Below, one piece after another: positions 1 to 13,139 of a stretch of DNA of 64,000 nucleotides (within the stretch, counting starts at the first letter, position 1; each line of letters begins with the position of its first letter). The stretch is taken from assembly GCF_001194135.2 (NCBI RefSeq), contig NC_068985.1, forward strand, positions 80,745,406-80,809,405, in the 5' to 3' direction. Below the pieces are notes generated by a model. The model saw nothing but the letters and a program-made list of their open reading frames with translations, was not told the origin of the DNA and made no database searches. Origin of the DNA: Octopus bimaculoides (Eukaryota). The translations under genes and the position numbers were made by a program.

Positions 1-293
1 AAACACATACATATACATACTTAAATTTGTTAAAAAGTTAATATTCATAAAAATCTTTGTATTTACATTCTATTGTATTTTATCACTTGCATTTCTTAAG
101 GGATTCTATTGGCAATAATCATTGTCTGATAGTCCACTCTCTCCCCCAACCCATTTTTGGTGTTATATTATTATTAGATGTAGAGCAGATGTTTTTCAGA
201 GTTCTTCACTTATCTACTGCAGCTATATCAAATATACTGCTGTTTTGTACATTTAATAGCCTATATATATATATGAGAATATGTGTGAGTGAA

Positions 294-365
<72 letters not shown>

Positions 366-699
366 AACATATATGTATATACACTGTGTGCTTAGAAAAC
401 ATTATGAAACTTATTCATCAAGAAATATCCACAACAGATGAATAGGTTTGCTTAGAGATATTTTGAATGTCTTTATGTGTAACACAACCAATTTTTCTTT
501 TTCAGTTGATTTTGGTTTTTTTGTAAAGTGGAAAAATATCATTGTGATATATTAAAAGTTGTATGATTTAATTACTTTTGCTTTTCATAAATGTATTGTT
601 GTTCCTATTTACAAGTACTGAATTAGCTTCATCAAAATTTTCTTTTGCAAATATTTTGTAATAATGGCTAATAATAATATTAATATTAATAATAATAAT

Positions 700-925
700 C
701 CTTTCTACTGTAGGCACAAAGCTTGAAATTTTGGGGGAGTGGGCTAGTCAATTACATTGACCCTAGTGTATAACTGGTACTTATTTCATTGACCCCCTCC
801 ATCCCAAAAGGGTGAAAGCCAAAGTTGACCTCAGTGAAATTTGAACTTAGAACATAAGGATGGATGAAATGCCACAAAACATTTTACCCAATTTGCTAAA
901 GATTCTGCTAGCTCACTGCCTTTAC
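700..925 (-). mobile_element. SINE family A copy (core ctgagttcaaattc...gaggtcaactttgcctttcatccttt...ggggtcaatg)
   Basis: Reverse complement matches the copies at 36445-37590 and other copies in the window; preceded by (TAA)n. Confidence 0.75.
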
Positions 926-964
926 CAGTTTGCCACCTTAAAATAATGGTTATAATGCATATCT

Positions 965-1620
965 CTCAAAAAATAATATGAATGGGCTACATTTACCTAG
1001 ATAGGAAGGAGACAGAGATTTTGTTAAATGTTGTAGACACAATTAGTGCTGTGATATTGAGTCTGAAAAACTATGTTGTGTACAGTGAAGAAAGAATATT
1101 ATCTGTAGCCAGAAATATTTTTGAAGTTGCTAAAACAGTGAGAGAATTCAAGAACAGAAAGAAGAATGAAAAGACAAATAGCTGGAAATTGAAGGAAATG
1201 CTTGACCAATTTATGCAACAAACTGAGGATTTTGAAAGTAAAGAATACTGGTTGTGACTGACAAGTGGAAATCTGAAATAAGAAACTGAATTGCTGATTA
1301 TAGTTGCTCAGGAATGAATTTGATAGGAATTGATAGAACTTGGGCAGAGAGACACATAGAATGAGTAGAAAAAGAGCTGAAAATATTAAGCATCTCCTGA
1401 GTGAGTGCAGGAGCCTAGCACAAAAAGAGCATAAACACAGCATCACTGTATTAGTAAAAGAGTGCATGGAAATGTTAGCCAAGTTTGTAGATTCAAAGTG
1501 ATATGACCAGTTATTACTAGAACCTTGTGACAAAAAAAAGTCTTAAAAAAACCTAAAAAAACTTGGAGTAGACACTGTACAGAAAGCATGTCTCTTGGTT
1601 CAGCATGAATTTTCTAGAAA
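965..1620 (+). mobile_element. Decayed R4/Dong-like non-LTR retrotransposon fragment (post-RT region, zinc-knuckle remnant)
   Basis: Translates with stops to WL*LTSGNLK*ETELLIIVAQE and HLLSECRSLAQKEHK, matching the WL..G.LK.ETE..I.AAQ and HI.SGC..LA..EY motifs upstream of the restriction-like endonuclease. Confidence 0.6.
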
Positions 1621-2084
1621 GTTTCCAATAAGATGTAAAAGCATAAGAGCAGAAAAACTTTTCTACACCAGGCAAATAATGTTTCTCACATAAGACCATG
1701 AAATATTCTTCAACAAGAAGCATAAAAATCACACAAAAAGAACAATAATGATGATTTCTTTTATTTACTAGAAGAGAACAAGTCTTTGAAGACAAAACAA
1801 AAATGAAAGCATTGCAGTAGGAGCTTGCATTAGGTAAAAAGGTGAAATCAACAAAAAATATGGGTAATGATAAAGTGTTGAAACTGCTTTTTGACAAGTT
1901 TTAAACTTAGTTCTCTTGCTACTGTGGTTGTTATGACTACCTCCTACCACTTCTCCATCATAAAATGTCAAATTTGTGGACATTTCTAATAAAATGTCTG
2001 TCCACTGATTGCAGTCAATGTGGAAAAGTAGTTGTAATTTCCTTAATTAAGGGAACCTTGAAAGATTTTGTACCCACTTTTTCT

Positions 2085-3007
2085 GGTGAATGTCTCAAAA
2101 TTGGTTTCAAAATTTGGCATAAGGCCAGCAGTTTTGGAGAAGGGGTGAAGTCGATTTCATTGGCCCCAGTGTTCAGCTGGTACTTACTTTATTGAATCTC
2201 AAAAGATGAGAAAGCAAAATCGACTCTAGCGGAATTTGAAACTCACAACATGAAGACAGACAAAATGCTGCTTAGCATTTATGCACTTCATTGTATCAGG
2301 ATGTCCCTTACTAGCTCCAATAAAATATCCATTTTTTTTTCGCCTGCTGAATTTGGAGGAGGGGATATGATTTTTGAGCTTTGTAGGCTATCCAAGACTA
2401 GTGAGTGAGATGCTGTTAATTTTCTGTTTAAACTACATGTAAGTCAGCACTTGTGGTTACAAAGTGAACTTCTTTACCACACAGTCGTGCTTGTGTTTAT
2501 TGATAATAATAATGCCCTGATACACTACCAGGTAGTGGCTCTGATGGCTTTTGATCTTAACCGATTAGAAGTGTTATCATGTACATATTTTGGCTTGGTA
2601 TAAAAGATGCACTCCAACAAATATTCTGCTCAATACCACAGATTTGCTTACAAAGATAATCCTTTCAGAAATTTTGTAGGAGGGGACTATTTTATTACAT
2701 TGAACCCAGTGCTCAACTGGTATTTATTCTATCAATTTCAAAAGGATGAAAGGCAAACTTGACCTCAGCTGAATTTGAACTTAGAATGTAAAGATAGAGA
2801 AAATGCCACTAGGCATTTTACCCTGTCTGCTAATGAGTCTACCAGCTTACCATCGTAATGATATTAATAACTTCTTTTCTACTATAGGTACATGGTGGAA
2901 TTTGACCACCAAGTTGACTTTGGTGGAATTTGAAGTCAGAATGTAAAGACAGACAAAATGCTGCTAAGCATTTTGTTCAGTATGCTAATGGTTCTGCAAG
3001 CTCGCCA

Positions 3008-3012
<5 letters not shown>
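2085..3012 (-). mobile_element. Cluster of three SINE family A copies (about 2085-2285, 2660-2860, 2895-3012) plus a fragment of the 7390-7825 family at 2510-2655
   Basis: Repeated aaagttgacct...gaatttgaac core; caaatattctgctcaataccacagatttgctt is shared with 7412-7442. Confidence 0.7.
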
Positions 3013-3049
<37 letters not shown>

Positions 3050-3052
<3 letters not shown>

Positions 3053-3478
3053 GAGCACTCAGAGAATGCAGGCCTCCACCAATGCAACACCAACGTCCTC
3101 TCAACGATTAACTGGAGATGATTTTTAAAATGAGAATATCTGAAATAAAATTGACTGCTCTCATAAATGAGAATACTAAAAATGAACCCGATCGTTCTCA
3201 AAAGGAAAAATAATCCAAATATATATATATACTGAGTGAGAGGTGAAGGGAGAGGAGATGAAATACTAATACAGGGAAGGAGAGGTAGTGAGAGTAATAG
3301 CCATGACTGAGAGGGAGTGAGAGAAAGTAATGACAATGAGGAAGACGAAACGAAGTGGCAAAGAGAGCATTGTATGAATGAGAAAGGAAGGGGTGATAGA
3401 TGAATAATGAAGGAGGGAGTGAAAAAGTTGATAAAAGGCGTTTGAAGTGTGAGTATATGTGTGTGTAAAAGAGAGGTA

Positions 3479-3529
<51 letters not shown>

Positions 3530-3800
3530 TAATCTTCAGTGCTGAAAATGTGTGATTTTATGTGTGTATGTGTGTGCATGTACAAGAGAACTTTGTGAAA
3601 CTTTATATATACAAGTAAAGAAAATATTAAGAATAATCCAGAATCTTTGTCCGGTACCAGATAGATCCCAAAATCTAATAAGACTGTGCCACTCACAAGG
3701 CCAAACATCTCTGAAAGTTTCATCCAAATCCATCCAGTAGTTTTTGAGATATCTTGTCCATGGACAAACAAACAATGACTGAAAAGATAACCAAACATGA
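3050..3800 (+). mobile_element. Probable non-autonomous Helentron-associated (HINE/DINE-1-like) element with internal microsatellites
   Basis: Starts aagagcactcagaga and carries a 3' block aagtttcatccaaatccatccagtagtttttgagatatc...gacaaacaaac of the HINE type, with internal (GT)n. Family assignment is from recalled motifs only. Confidence 0.4.
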
Positions 3801-4019
3801 AAATCTAGAAATAGAGGTAACCAGAACATGGGGAATGAAACAGAACCATTCACCCTTATTAGTAGGTGTTAGGGAAATGATTAAAACAAATACAAACAAA
3901 TAAGACAATATTTTTTTGAATGCAGAATTGCCATTAGAACAGCAGAATTGCAATTAGAAAAACGGAAATACTGGGTAAATTACTCTTACAAAGCAAAAAA
4001 ATTTGTCAACGACCAGCCA

Positions 4020-4135
4020 TGGGACATGAACTCATATCCCTCAAAAACACAAGGTTTACAAGTATACACAATATACTGAAATAGCATTACCAGGCACTGC
4101 ACACATATTGCATAGAGTGCTTTTGATCCAACACA
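4020..4135 (+). mobile_element. R4/Dong-like LINE extreme C-terminal fragment
   Basis: Encodes IALPGTAHILHRVL, equivalent to the terminal motifs at about 7120-7165 and 35215-35240. Confidence 0.45.
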
Positions 4136-4257
4136 AAATACAGAATTAAAATAAAGCATGTGTTTATGAACTTGTTCAGAGCATCTATGTTAATAGGTAC
4201 AAATGAAAATCAAATCTCTGATATATGAGCTGTAGCTTTCTTATTTGTTCTCCATAA

Positions 4258-4628
4258 GTGGAGGCGCAATGGCCCAGTGGTTAGGGCAGCGGACTCGCGG
4301 TCATAGGATCACAGTTTCGATTCCCAGACTGGGCGTTGTGAGTGTTTATTGAGCGAAAACACCTAAAGCACCACGACGCTCCGGCAGGGGATGGTGGCGA
4401 ACCCTGATGTACTCTTTCACCACAACTTTCTCTTACTTCCTGTTTCTGTTGTACCTGTAATTCAAAGGGTCAACCTTGTCACACTGAATATCCCCGAGAA
4501 CTACGTTAAGGGTTCACATGTCTGTGGAGTGCTCAGCCACTTGCACGTTAATTTCACGAGCAGGCTGTTCCGTTGATCGGATCAACTGGAACCCTCAACG
4601 TCATAAGCGACGGAGTGCCAACAACAAC
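4258..4628 (+). mobile_element. Young full-length tRNA-derived SINE with 12-bp target-site duplication
   Basis: A-box TGGCCCAGTGG, B-box GTTTCGATTCC, CpGs retained, (ACA)n tail; perfect TSD tgttctccataa at 4246-4257 and 4629-4640. Confidence 0.9.
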
Positions 4629-4959
4629 TGTTCTCCATAAATATTCTCCTTTTCTCAAAATTTTAACAAAACATACATGTTGGGTTGTTGATCTCTATAG
4701 CAGTATGTGACTTTTGTTCCCTGTCCCATACCACAGTATGGGAGTTACTGGAGTTAGGAAGCAATCTTCTAACCACACAATCTTACCTTCACCTGTGAGT
4801 CTTAATATTATGCTTCTTAAATCCAAAATTTGATGAAATAAGGATGAAACATGTATTGAGGTGAATTCCATTTACTACAACCTCTCTCTTGCAAATCTGA
4901 GACCTTGCACCTCTATATGAAAATCAGTTGTGAGTGAAGCTAACTATAATGATAGAATG

Positions 4960-5215
4960 CTTGCTTAGTATGAAAAGGGAGCCAGGATGAAGGCCCCATT
5001 TCTCAGCTAATAGGGAAACTTCTTTAAATCACTCAGCTTGCTAGAAATAGTGAGTACATCTCCTTCAAAGTATACTTCACTGTCTTAAAAAATAAAGACA
5101 TTAGTTAATATAATTTACAGCCCCTAACAAAAAGAGAAGATATCAATTGCTGAAATGCCTTTGATCGTAGGTCTACTCTGTCAACACTGATGTGGGCTAA
5201 GCAGCAACAACATGA
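4960..5215 (-). mobile_element. Old interspersed repeat; second copy in opposite orientation at about 43240-43470
   Basis: Reverse complement of 5010-5210 aligns by eye with 43260-43470. Confidence 0.55.
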
Positions 5216-5227
5216 GAAATATGTTAA

Positions 5228-5439
5228 CCCTTTAGCATTCAAATTACTCTGTCCAATGTAATACCTATTCATCCACATTGTTTTGAATTAATTAGACATT
5301 ATCTTGAAGCTTTGAGAATCTGAATGTTTATTCTTAGAGTGACATTGTAGGGTAGGCATGAGAGGCCAAATTTAGTCAGGTTGAACATAAAAACAGGTAG
5401 TATATTGGGCTGGATATTGCTTGTTTAAATGCCAAATGG
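5228..5439. mobile_element. piggyBac-type MITE
   Basis: TTAA at 5224-5227 and 5440-5443; imperfect TIRs ccctttagcatt / aatgccaaatgg. Confidence 0.7.
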
Positions 5440-6789
5440 TTAAACTACACTCCCAATGATTATAACAATGAGCTGTAAATATCCTAACAAAGTGGACTGG
5501 CTCATATGTAACTAAATGTCTTGGTTATAGATACAGCACCAGGCTGTATCTAACATTATATCAATTGGTGACTGTTCAACTTGTATTAAACATCTACTTT
5601 TCTAGGCCATTTGCAGCTCCCAGTTTTTTCCACTGCAATTCCTATGTAGGAGATATAGAGAACACCAATATTTAACTCATTGGCTCTTTAATAGTTTTGT
5701 TCTTTAATCATTTAGTCATTGATTAACTCTTTAGCAACGTCTAATGTGTCTTCAAGCCACCTTTCTCATAACAAAATTATACCAAACACTGTGTACTAGT
5801 TAACTGTACTTCACTGGCTTTCGTAATAATTGCTTCTTGTCTTACTTCCTCTTCTGTATTAAACAAATTTCTCAAGTTTAGCGTCAACAGGTCTCTGCGT
5901 CTTTTTGATTTGAAAATTTTGACTTTACAGATTTAAGGTCATTTCATCCTATTGTATGCAGAAGCCATTATGCCTGTTTTCACTGCATAGGAAAATGAAG
6001 TGATAACTGAAATAGAATAATTACTCCTATTGAAGAAATTGAATTAATGTACTGAATTGTTGACTATCTTATTCAGGCATTAAAATAATTGATTCAATAT
6101 GTTTTTTAAAACCTTATTCCATAAAAAAAAGGCAAACATTATAAATTTCGATAACATATTTGAAAAAATATAAAAAAAACAACAAGAAATATATAAATGA
6201 AACTGAAAAATCGAAAGCAAAAAGTTTGGTAGGGAAAGGCAGGCAAAAAAAAAAAAAAAAAAAAGGAAGAGGAAAAGACGGTAAGAAATATCTTTTTCTA
6301 TTAAAGATAAGAGTAAAATTGATTTCTGAATAATTTAGCATTCTGCCCCATCCACCTACACTTTTCCACATTTTCCTCCTTTTTTTTTTATATATTTTTT
6401 CATATTCCATCTACAATAAACATTGTAGAATGATGATAAAAATAGTATCCTATCTGGTGAATTTCCTTTTATTTTTAACATTGCACTTTCTATTCTACTT
6501 GTAAGATTCTGCAAATACTAGCAGTTTAAATATTAGCATTTATCTAATAGTGTTTCTAATAGTTTATATACTTGCAATTGTAGTTCCATTTGGAAGCAAC
6601 CAAACATAATTATTTTGAAGTATTTCTTGGCATTAATCACTTATTGGTTACAAGTAACAGTGAAGAATGTATTACTTCTTTTGATCCATTCCTGTTATTC
6701 ATTCCTGCTCTTGTAAACAAGTTTGTCTTCTTGAGGATTTTGTTATAAGTATATTAATTCGAATGATCATTATAATAACAATCATTTCT

Positions 6790-7352
6790 GATATAAGCAC
6801 GAGGCCAAAAATTTGGGACATTGGGTTTAGTTGACAGAAAGATAGATGCAAATAGGCCAGACATCATATTGAAAGACTTCAGACAAAAATCATGCCTCCT
6901 CATTGATATGACTGCCCCAATCGATATAAATGTATCTGTCAAGACCTACCAAAAACTGAGCAAGTATAAAGATCTTGAAATAGAAATTAGCAAAATGTGG
7001 AACCTGAAGACTAAAACAATACCTGTTGTCATAGGTGCCCTGGGAATGATAGCAAAAGGGGCTGATTGCTACCTAGCTCAGATACCAGGAAACTGCAAAA
7101 TGGCAGAAATTCAAAAGATAGTACCCATGGGAAATACCCATATCCTATGTAAAATATTGTCTATGTAATCTCAAATTTTAAAACAAACACATAATTTTCT
7201 TATGGTTTCGTAAATATTCTCTAGAACAACATGTACAAAGCCAAATATATGGCACCGTAGGCATAACACCAACATGAACTTCTAACTTGTCTTTTGAGGA
7301 CTATGGGTGAGACTTGGAGCCAACTTGTACAAATGTAAAGCAAAAGTCAAAC

Positions 7353-7355
<3 letters not shown>
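6790..7355 (+). mobile_element. 5'-truncated R4/Dong-like LINE: restriction-like endonuclease C-terminus plus 3' UTR ending in (TAA)n
   Basis: ORF 6821-7168: ANRPDIILKD...LLIDM...KLSKYKDLEIEISKMW...IPVVIGALG (PD..D/K-Y endonuclease motif); the UTR runs into (TAA)n at 7356-7390. Confidence 0.85.
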
Positions 7356-7389
<34 letters not shown>

Positions 7390-7391
<2 letters not shown>

Positions 7392-7825
7392 GTGTAAAAG
7401 ATGGGCTACAGCAAATATTCTGCTCAATACCACAGATTTGCTTGTCAGTTGTTTGATCTTAACCAGTTGAACATGTCCTTTGGTGGCTGATGATATGTGC
7501 ATCTCTGATCATGAGCAGAAGTAGTGAGGGAGCATCACAGCCATGTGTTAAGAGGAATTCTTTGGAGTTTGTATAATTCACCTCTGGGTGTTTCATATAA
7601 CATCCTTAAACAACCCTTATTCATGGACCTTTTGAGTAGGATGGGCTACTCAACCTGAAGAAAATTCTAAATGGGCTCAACCTGCAAAGCCATCCACTGT
7701 TTATCTTGATATGAGATCACCATGTTGCGCACATATGGTTGTGATGCANNNNNNNNNNGTATACTGGGCTTCGGATATTTTACCCCAGTGTCATTTTGAT
7801 GGCATGCACTGCCCTCTCACTCAAA
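7390..7825 (+). mobile_element. Non-coding retro-element-like repeat flanked by (TAA)n on both sides
   Basis: Partial second copy at 2510-2655; bounded by TAA tracts; 10-nt gap at 7749-7758. Confidence 0.5.
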
Positions 7826-8340
7826 GATAATAATAATAATAATAATAATAATAATAGTAATGAATTTAGGCATATGCCATCAATTTTGAAGGAAAGTGAT
7901 TAGTTGATACTGTTGATCCTTGTGCTTGAATAGTCCTCTATTTCATCTGTTTGGTTACCAGAAAACATGAATATAGTTGAAGAAGATTTTCTTATGTAAC
8001 AGTGAAACACTGTTAAGAAATGTAGTGTCTCTTAAGTATTAGGATGAAGAGACTCGAGAAACTTACTTAAAAGATAATTGCCTCTGTTATTAGAGTTTCT
8101 GTCCCTCTCTTCTGTCTTTTCATCTTTCTGTCTTGTGCTCCTTCTCTCTCTTTGTCTCTCTCTCTCTCACACACACATACATATAGGTGGCAATTTGGCA
8201 GAGTCGTTATAGCATTTGATAGAATGCTTTGCAGAATTCATACCTACTCTCTGCACCATAAGTTCAAATCCCACCACTGTAACTTTACCTTCTGTTCTTT
8301 TAGATTCAATAAACGAACTGTCAATTTAATATTAGTGTTG

Positions 8341-8373
<33 letters not shown>

Positions 8374-8511
8374 CTTCTTCTTCTTCTTCTTCTTCTTCTT
8401 CTTCTCTCTCTCCCTCCCTCCCTCCCTCTCCCCCCCTCTCTGGTAGAAATCAGTTGTGTTTGGACCCAGAGAGGGATAGACCCAACCAACTTTGAAATAT
8501 GAAAGACATAC

Positions 8512-8557
8512 CTTGTGTGACAAAGAAAATCCTAGAATTCCATTAGAAATTGCAGAC
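8512..8557 (-). CDS. Possible isolated 46-nt exon (SAISNGILGFSLSHK) of an unidentified gene
   Basis: Strong acceptor cccttccttcctcag|G and donor AAG|GTATGT, one open frame, non-repetitive context. No homology recognised and no convincing partner exons. Confidence 0.2.
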
Positions 8558-9144
8558 CTGAGGAAGGAAGGGATATATACACATGCACACATATATACAC
8601 ACACAGCCGTGATTCCTTTCTCTCACAAGATATACTCCCAAACACTCACACTCTCTTAGTTTTTGTTACTTTGAAATTTTACCCTCATATTCTCACTTTC
8701 TTTCTTCTGTTCTCTCTTTCACCTCTCTTTCTTTCTCTCTCTCTCGCCTCTCTTTCACCTCTCTTTCTTTCTCTCTCTCTCGCCTCTCTTTCTTTCTCTC
8801 TCTCTCTCGCCTCTCTTTCTTTCTCTCTCTCTCGCCTCTCTTTCTTTCTCTCTCTCTCGCCTCTCTTTCTTTCTCTCTCTCTCTCACACACATACATTCT
8901 CTCCTTTTTCTTTTGCTTTTTGTAACTCATTTCTTCTAAGTTAAAAGAATGCATATGTTTACATACACATTCCTTGTATTTTGCTTTCACACTCACTCAC
9001 ATACATATATACATGAACATTTGCATATACACACTTATATAGAGATGCATACGCTTTTTATTTTTCTGTTTCTCCCACTTAACCCCATAACTCCCAGTTC
9101 TCTTCACTCTTTTCCTCTCTCTCGCTTTCTCTCTCTCACTTTCT

Positions 9145-9186
<42 letters not shown>

Positions 9187-9215
9187 TGTGTATTTTGATG
9201 AGCTCTATAAAACTA

Positions 9216-10136
9216 TATGTATTTTTATGACCTACTAATAGTTTCATATAACTGGTCTGTTGCCATAGTAACGAGGCTAAAGCATGCAGAGTGAAGCCAC
9301 TTGACACAGATTGACCTTGAACACCACTGTACATGCACACTAAGGTTTAACATTCTAGTTCACTTCTGCTGTTTACAGCAGTGCTTGGAAGGAAGGTGTG
9401 TAGCGTGTGATCGTCAGATTGATCATGGCAGAAAAAGTTGCCATGGTAATACCTGCTCAGAGGCCTATGCAAAGTTTCAGAAAGTGTATGGAGCCACTCA
9501 CAAGTGTATGAGTGGTTCAGACGTTTCCAAGATGGCCAAAAAAAAATGTTGATATTGACAAATGTTCTGGGAGACCCACAACCAACAGAACTAAGAAAAA
9601 CATCACAGATGTGCATGCAGCTGTGAAGAAAAAAATCATTGAATCACAATTCGTGAGTTATCAGAGGATGTGCAGATTAGTTACAGTTCAGTTCAGTTCA
9701 GGCCATTATCACTGAAGATTTGGGTATGAGATGCATGTCTGCCAAGTTTGTACCAAAACTGCTTTCAACTGACCAAAAAGAGACGTGGGTCTCAGCTGCA
9801 CAATCAAAAAGATCAAGATCTCCTTGACTGTGTTGAAAATGATAAAAACTTTTTGAAAACTTTGCGTAGGCCTTTGAGCAGGTATCGCCAAACGTTTGGC
9901 AAAATTTGATGCAGATTCTCTGCTCAGTTTCCTCTCACATTGTCAATGTAATGATCACATGCTACACACCTCCCTTCCAAGCACTGCTGTAGACAGCAGG
10001 AGTTAGCTAGAACATTAAAACTTAGCGCACATGCATAGCAGAGTTCAAGGTCAATCTGTACCAAGTGACTTCACTCTGTGTGCTTTAGCTTTGTTACTAT
10101 GGCAACAATCCGGAAACTTATTGATCAGACTACGTA
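9216..10136 (+). mobile_element. Internally deleted mariner-like DNA transposon with long TIRs
   Basis: About 155-bp alignable inverted arms (about 9256-9415 vs 9955-10110), TA at the right end. Frameshifted VYEWFRRFQDG...CSGRPTT...KFVPKLLS is the mariner HTH/VPKLL region; no DDD catalytic domain. Confidence 0.85.
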
Positions 10137-11076
10137 ACATCAGAAAAAACTGCGATTTTAACCTATACCACCAAAAATTATTTTGTGTCTGACTATTGTC
10201 TTTTTAACTGCTTGTCTGTTTGTCTGTCTTTGTCTCTCTCTCCATTTCTCTCTCTCTCCATTTCTCTCTCTCTCCATTTCTCTCTCTCTCCATTTCTCTC
10301 TCTCTCGTAAGTCTTTCTTATGATATACACACATAAAATCCTTCCATTATGTGAACATTTTCACTCATTTACTCTCCTTTCAGTTCTTTCTCTCTCTCTC
10401 TGTTACCTCCTCTCTCTTTCTCCCTTATTCTTTGACATTATTTTACTCTTTCTCTCTTCCTCATTGTGTTTCTTTTTCCTCTTTCATTATCTCTTACATT
10501 TTCTCTCTTTCACTATCTTTTACACTTTTCTCTCATTCTTTTACTGCCTCTTTGTCTCTCTCTCTCTCCTCCCTCTCTCTCTTTCCCTCCTCTCTATATT
10601 TTCTCTTCCCATCCTGACATTGCTTTTCTTTCACCTTCAGTTGCCTTTGTGTCTCCAATCAGAGTTTCATTCGTAGAATTCCCTAGCTTGGTAATCTATA
10701 CAGATATTGGTTTAAAAGAACCAGAATGAAGAAAAGGAGGAAGAGGAGGATGAAGAGGACGATGAAAAAAGACAGAGGCAAAATAAAAGACATGGCAATG
10801 ACCAGACATGAAGGCCTCATAATGTCACATGAGATGCATAGGACTTCAATGAAATCCATCCTAAAGGATAAAAAAATATTTAAAAAAAATATTATAAAAC
10901 AGATTTTCTTTTAAATTTAACTATAAAAAGTAAACAAAATATCAATTAAACAAACAACAACAAAAATAAATAAACCCTATGTAACTTTCTTCAGTATAAA
11001 CTATCTTGGCATCCTGGCAACATTGGAAGAAATAATTAGAATTGAAACACAACATCATCATGTGTTGTGGTCTGTA

Positions 11077-11114
<38 letters not shown>

Positions 11115-11709
11115 TGTTGGGGGTAATTAAAAAAAATTTTAATAAATGTGTGATATATCATATTTGCAATATTATGAGAACTCAGTTCTGTTTAGAAGAA
11201 CTATGATTAAAATTTATCATTTTTCTTGCTTGAGAAAAAAATAAAAAAAAGGAAACAAGAAGAAAAAGATCATCATCAACCTCACTTCACCTCTTTTGCC
11301 AACTTTCTCTCTCCGTTTCTCTCTGTCTCTTCCTCCCTTTCTCGCTCTCTCACAGACTTTCTCTCTTTTCTCAGGCAATATTGTAACACATATATACACA
11401 ATCAGGCATGCATGCACAAATGATTCTTTCTCCAGTAATGACGATGTATGCATGTATGTATATATGGATAAATTCATCATCATCATCATCATCAGTCATC
11501 TGTATTCCATGCTGGTATGAAACAAATGGCTTAACAGGATCCAATATTCTGGAGGACCACACCTTGCTCCAGTGTCACAGTTTTAACAGTGTATGTAGAT
11601 GTATGCATGCATGTGTATATATATATGCATATCGATATATATACTTACATACACACACATAGGTATATATCTCTATACACCTAGCTATCAATCTCTCTCT
11701 GTCTACCTC

Positions 11710-11783
<74 letters not shown>

Positions 11784-12251
11784 NNNNNNNNNNNNNNNNN
11801 NNNNNNNNNNNNNNNNNNNNNNNNNNNNNNNNNNNNNNNNNNNNNNNNNNNNNNNNNNNNNNNNNNNNNNNNNNNNNNNNNNNNNNNNNNNNNNNNNNNN
11901 NNNNNNNNNNNNNNNNNNNNNNNNNNNNNNNNNNNNNNNNNNNNNNNNNNNNNNNNNNNNNNNNNNNNNNNNNNNNNNNNNNNNNNNNNNNNNNNNNNNN
12001 NNNNNNNNNNNNNNNNNNNNNNNNNNNNNNNNNNNNNNNNNNNNNNNNNNNNNNNNNNNNNNNNNNNNNNNNNNNNNNNNNNNNNNNNNNNNNNNNNNNN
12101 NNNNNNNNNNNNNNNNNNNNNNNNNNNNNNNNNNNNNNNNNNNNNNNNNNNNNNNNNNNNNNNNNNNNNNNNNNNNNNNNNNNNNNNNNNNNNNNNNNNN
12201 NNNNNNNNNNNNNNNNNNNNNNNNNNNNNNNNNNNNNNNNNNNNNNNNNNN
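11784..12251. other. Assembly gap. Others: 7749-7758, 23695-23866, 26967-27491, 35529-36339, 38253-39213, 40392-40843, 48337-48450, 49739-50124, 51556-51565, 54183-54192, 56499-57017
   Basis: Runs of N, mostly bounded by (TA)n or other microsatellites. Confidence 1.
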
Positions 12252-12277
<26 letters not shown>

Positions 12278-12284
<7 letters not shown>

Positions 12285-12497
12285 CATATTCAAAATATAA
12301 CCACATGTAAATCTTTGGCAATTTTCTTCCTCCATCTTCCTTTCTATTGGACTTTCCTCTGTTTCTGAAGAAGAGCATTGCTTGAAACGTTAAACCATCT
12401 TTCTTTCCTTCCCTGAGTGTCTGCTAATACTTTACATGTACCACGTCCTCGCGTTGTTGTGTTTTTTTTTTGTTTGTTGTTCTTTTTGGGGATTTAC
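12278..12497 (+). mobile_element. About 220-bp non-coding element between (TA)n tracts carrying a hammerhead-like motif
   Basis: Shares downstream motifs (ttccc..agyg..ctaatac; accac..gtcctcg..tgttg) with the 23921-24116 / 53065-53273 family. Confidence 0.65.
12361..12395 (+). ncRNA. Minimal type I hammerhead-ribozyme-like motif
   Basis: GTTT-CTGAAGA-A-GAGC-ATT-GCTT-GAA-ACGT-T-AAAC: stem I GTTT/AAAC, canonical core, palindromic helix III ACGT, GUU triplet. Confidence 0.65.
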
Positions 12498-13139
12498 TAT
12501 ATATATATATATATATATAATCCAGAATTTGATGTCATTGTTCATCACTTATAATGAACAACAAAATCAAACATTGATAAGTACTAAAATGTACTGATCC
12601 CTTCTGCTCTGACAGGTTACCTAAATTAGGCTTGTTGAATGTACTCTGATTTATAGGTAAGTTTAGAATATCAATGTCTTATACCTCCTATTCCATTTAT
12701 GGAACCAACTCACCTTCCTCTCCTCCTGTATACTATGTCTGCATTTTTCTCTCTCTCTTTCTCCCTCTGTCTTTGTTCATAAACCCTTCTCCACCCTACT
12801 GTATCCTCTTTCCATCTCTGGACATAGTATCTGCTGGCTCAGTTTTCCTCTGGCAGCACTTCCTTGCCAATTCTAAAATTAACTATCTCCTCTCTGCCTT
12901 CTGTTTACCATTTTTCTATCCATTTCCCTCTTCCTTCATCAGCTGTCTTTCCCCGCTCTCATATCTCTCCAAATAGTAGAGATTTTCGTCTCCATCTATG
13001 TGTCTGTCCATCTGTCTGTTTGTCTCTGCCTCTCTCTCTTTCTCTCTCTCCCTTCATTTTTAATGTGACACAACTAGTTCAGCAATGAGCATATTTTTGG
13101 TATGTTGGTGGTGGTGGTGAGGTGCAGTTATTTAAATTT

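Noticed and set aside
4258-4335. tRNA-like sequence
   Set aside because: It is the head of a SINE with body, tail and TSD, not a tRNA gene.
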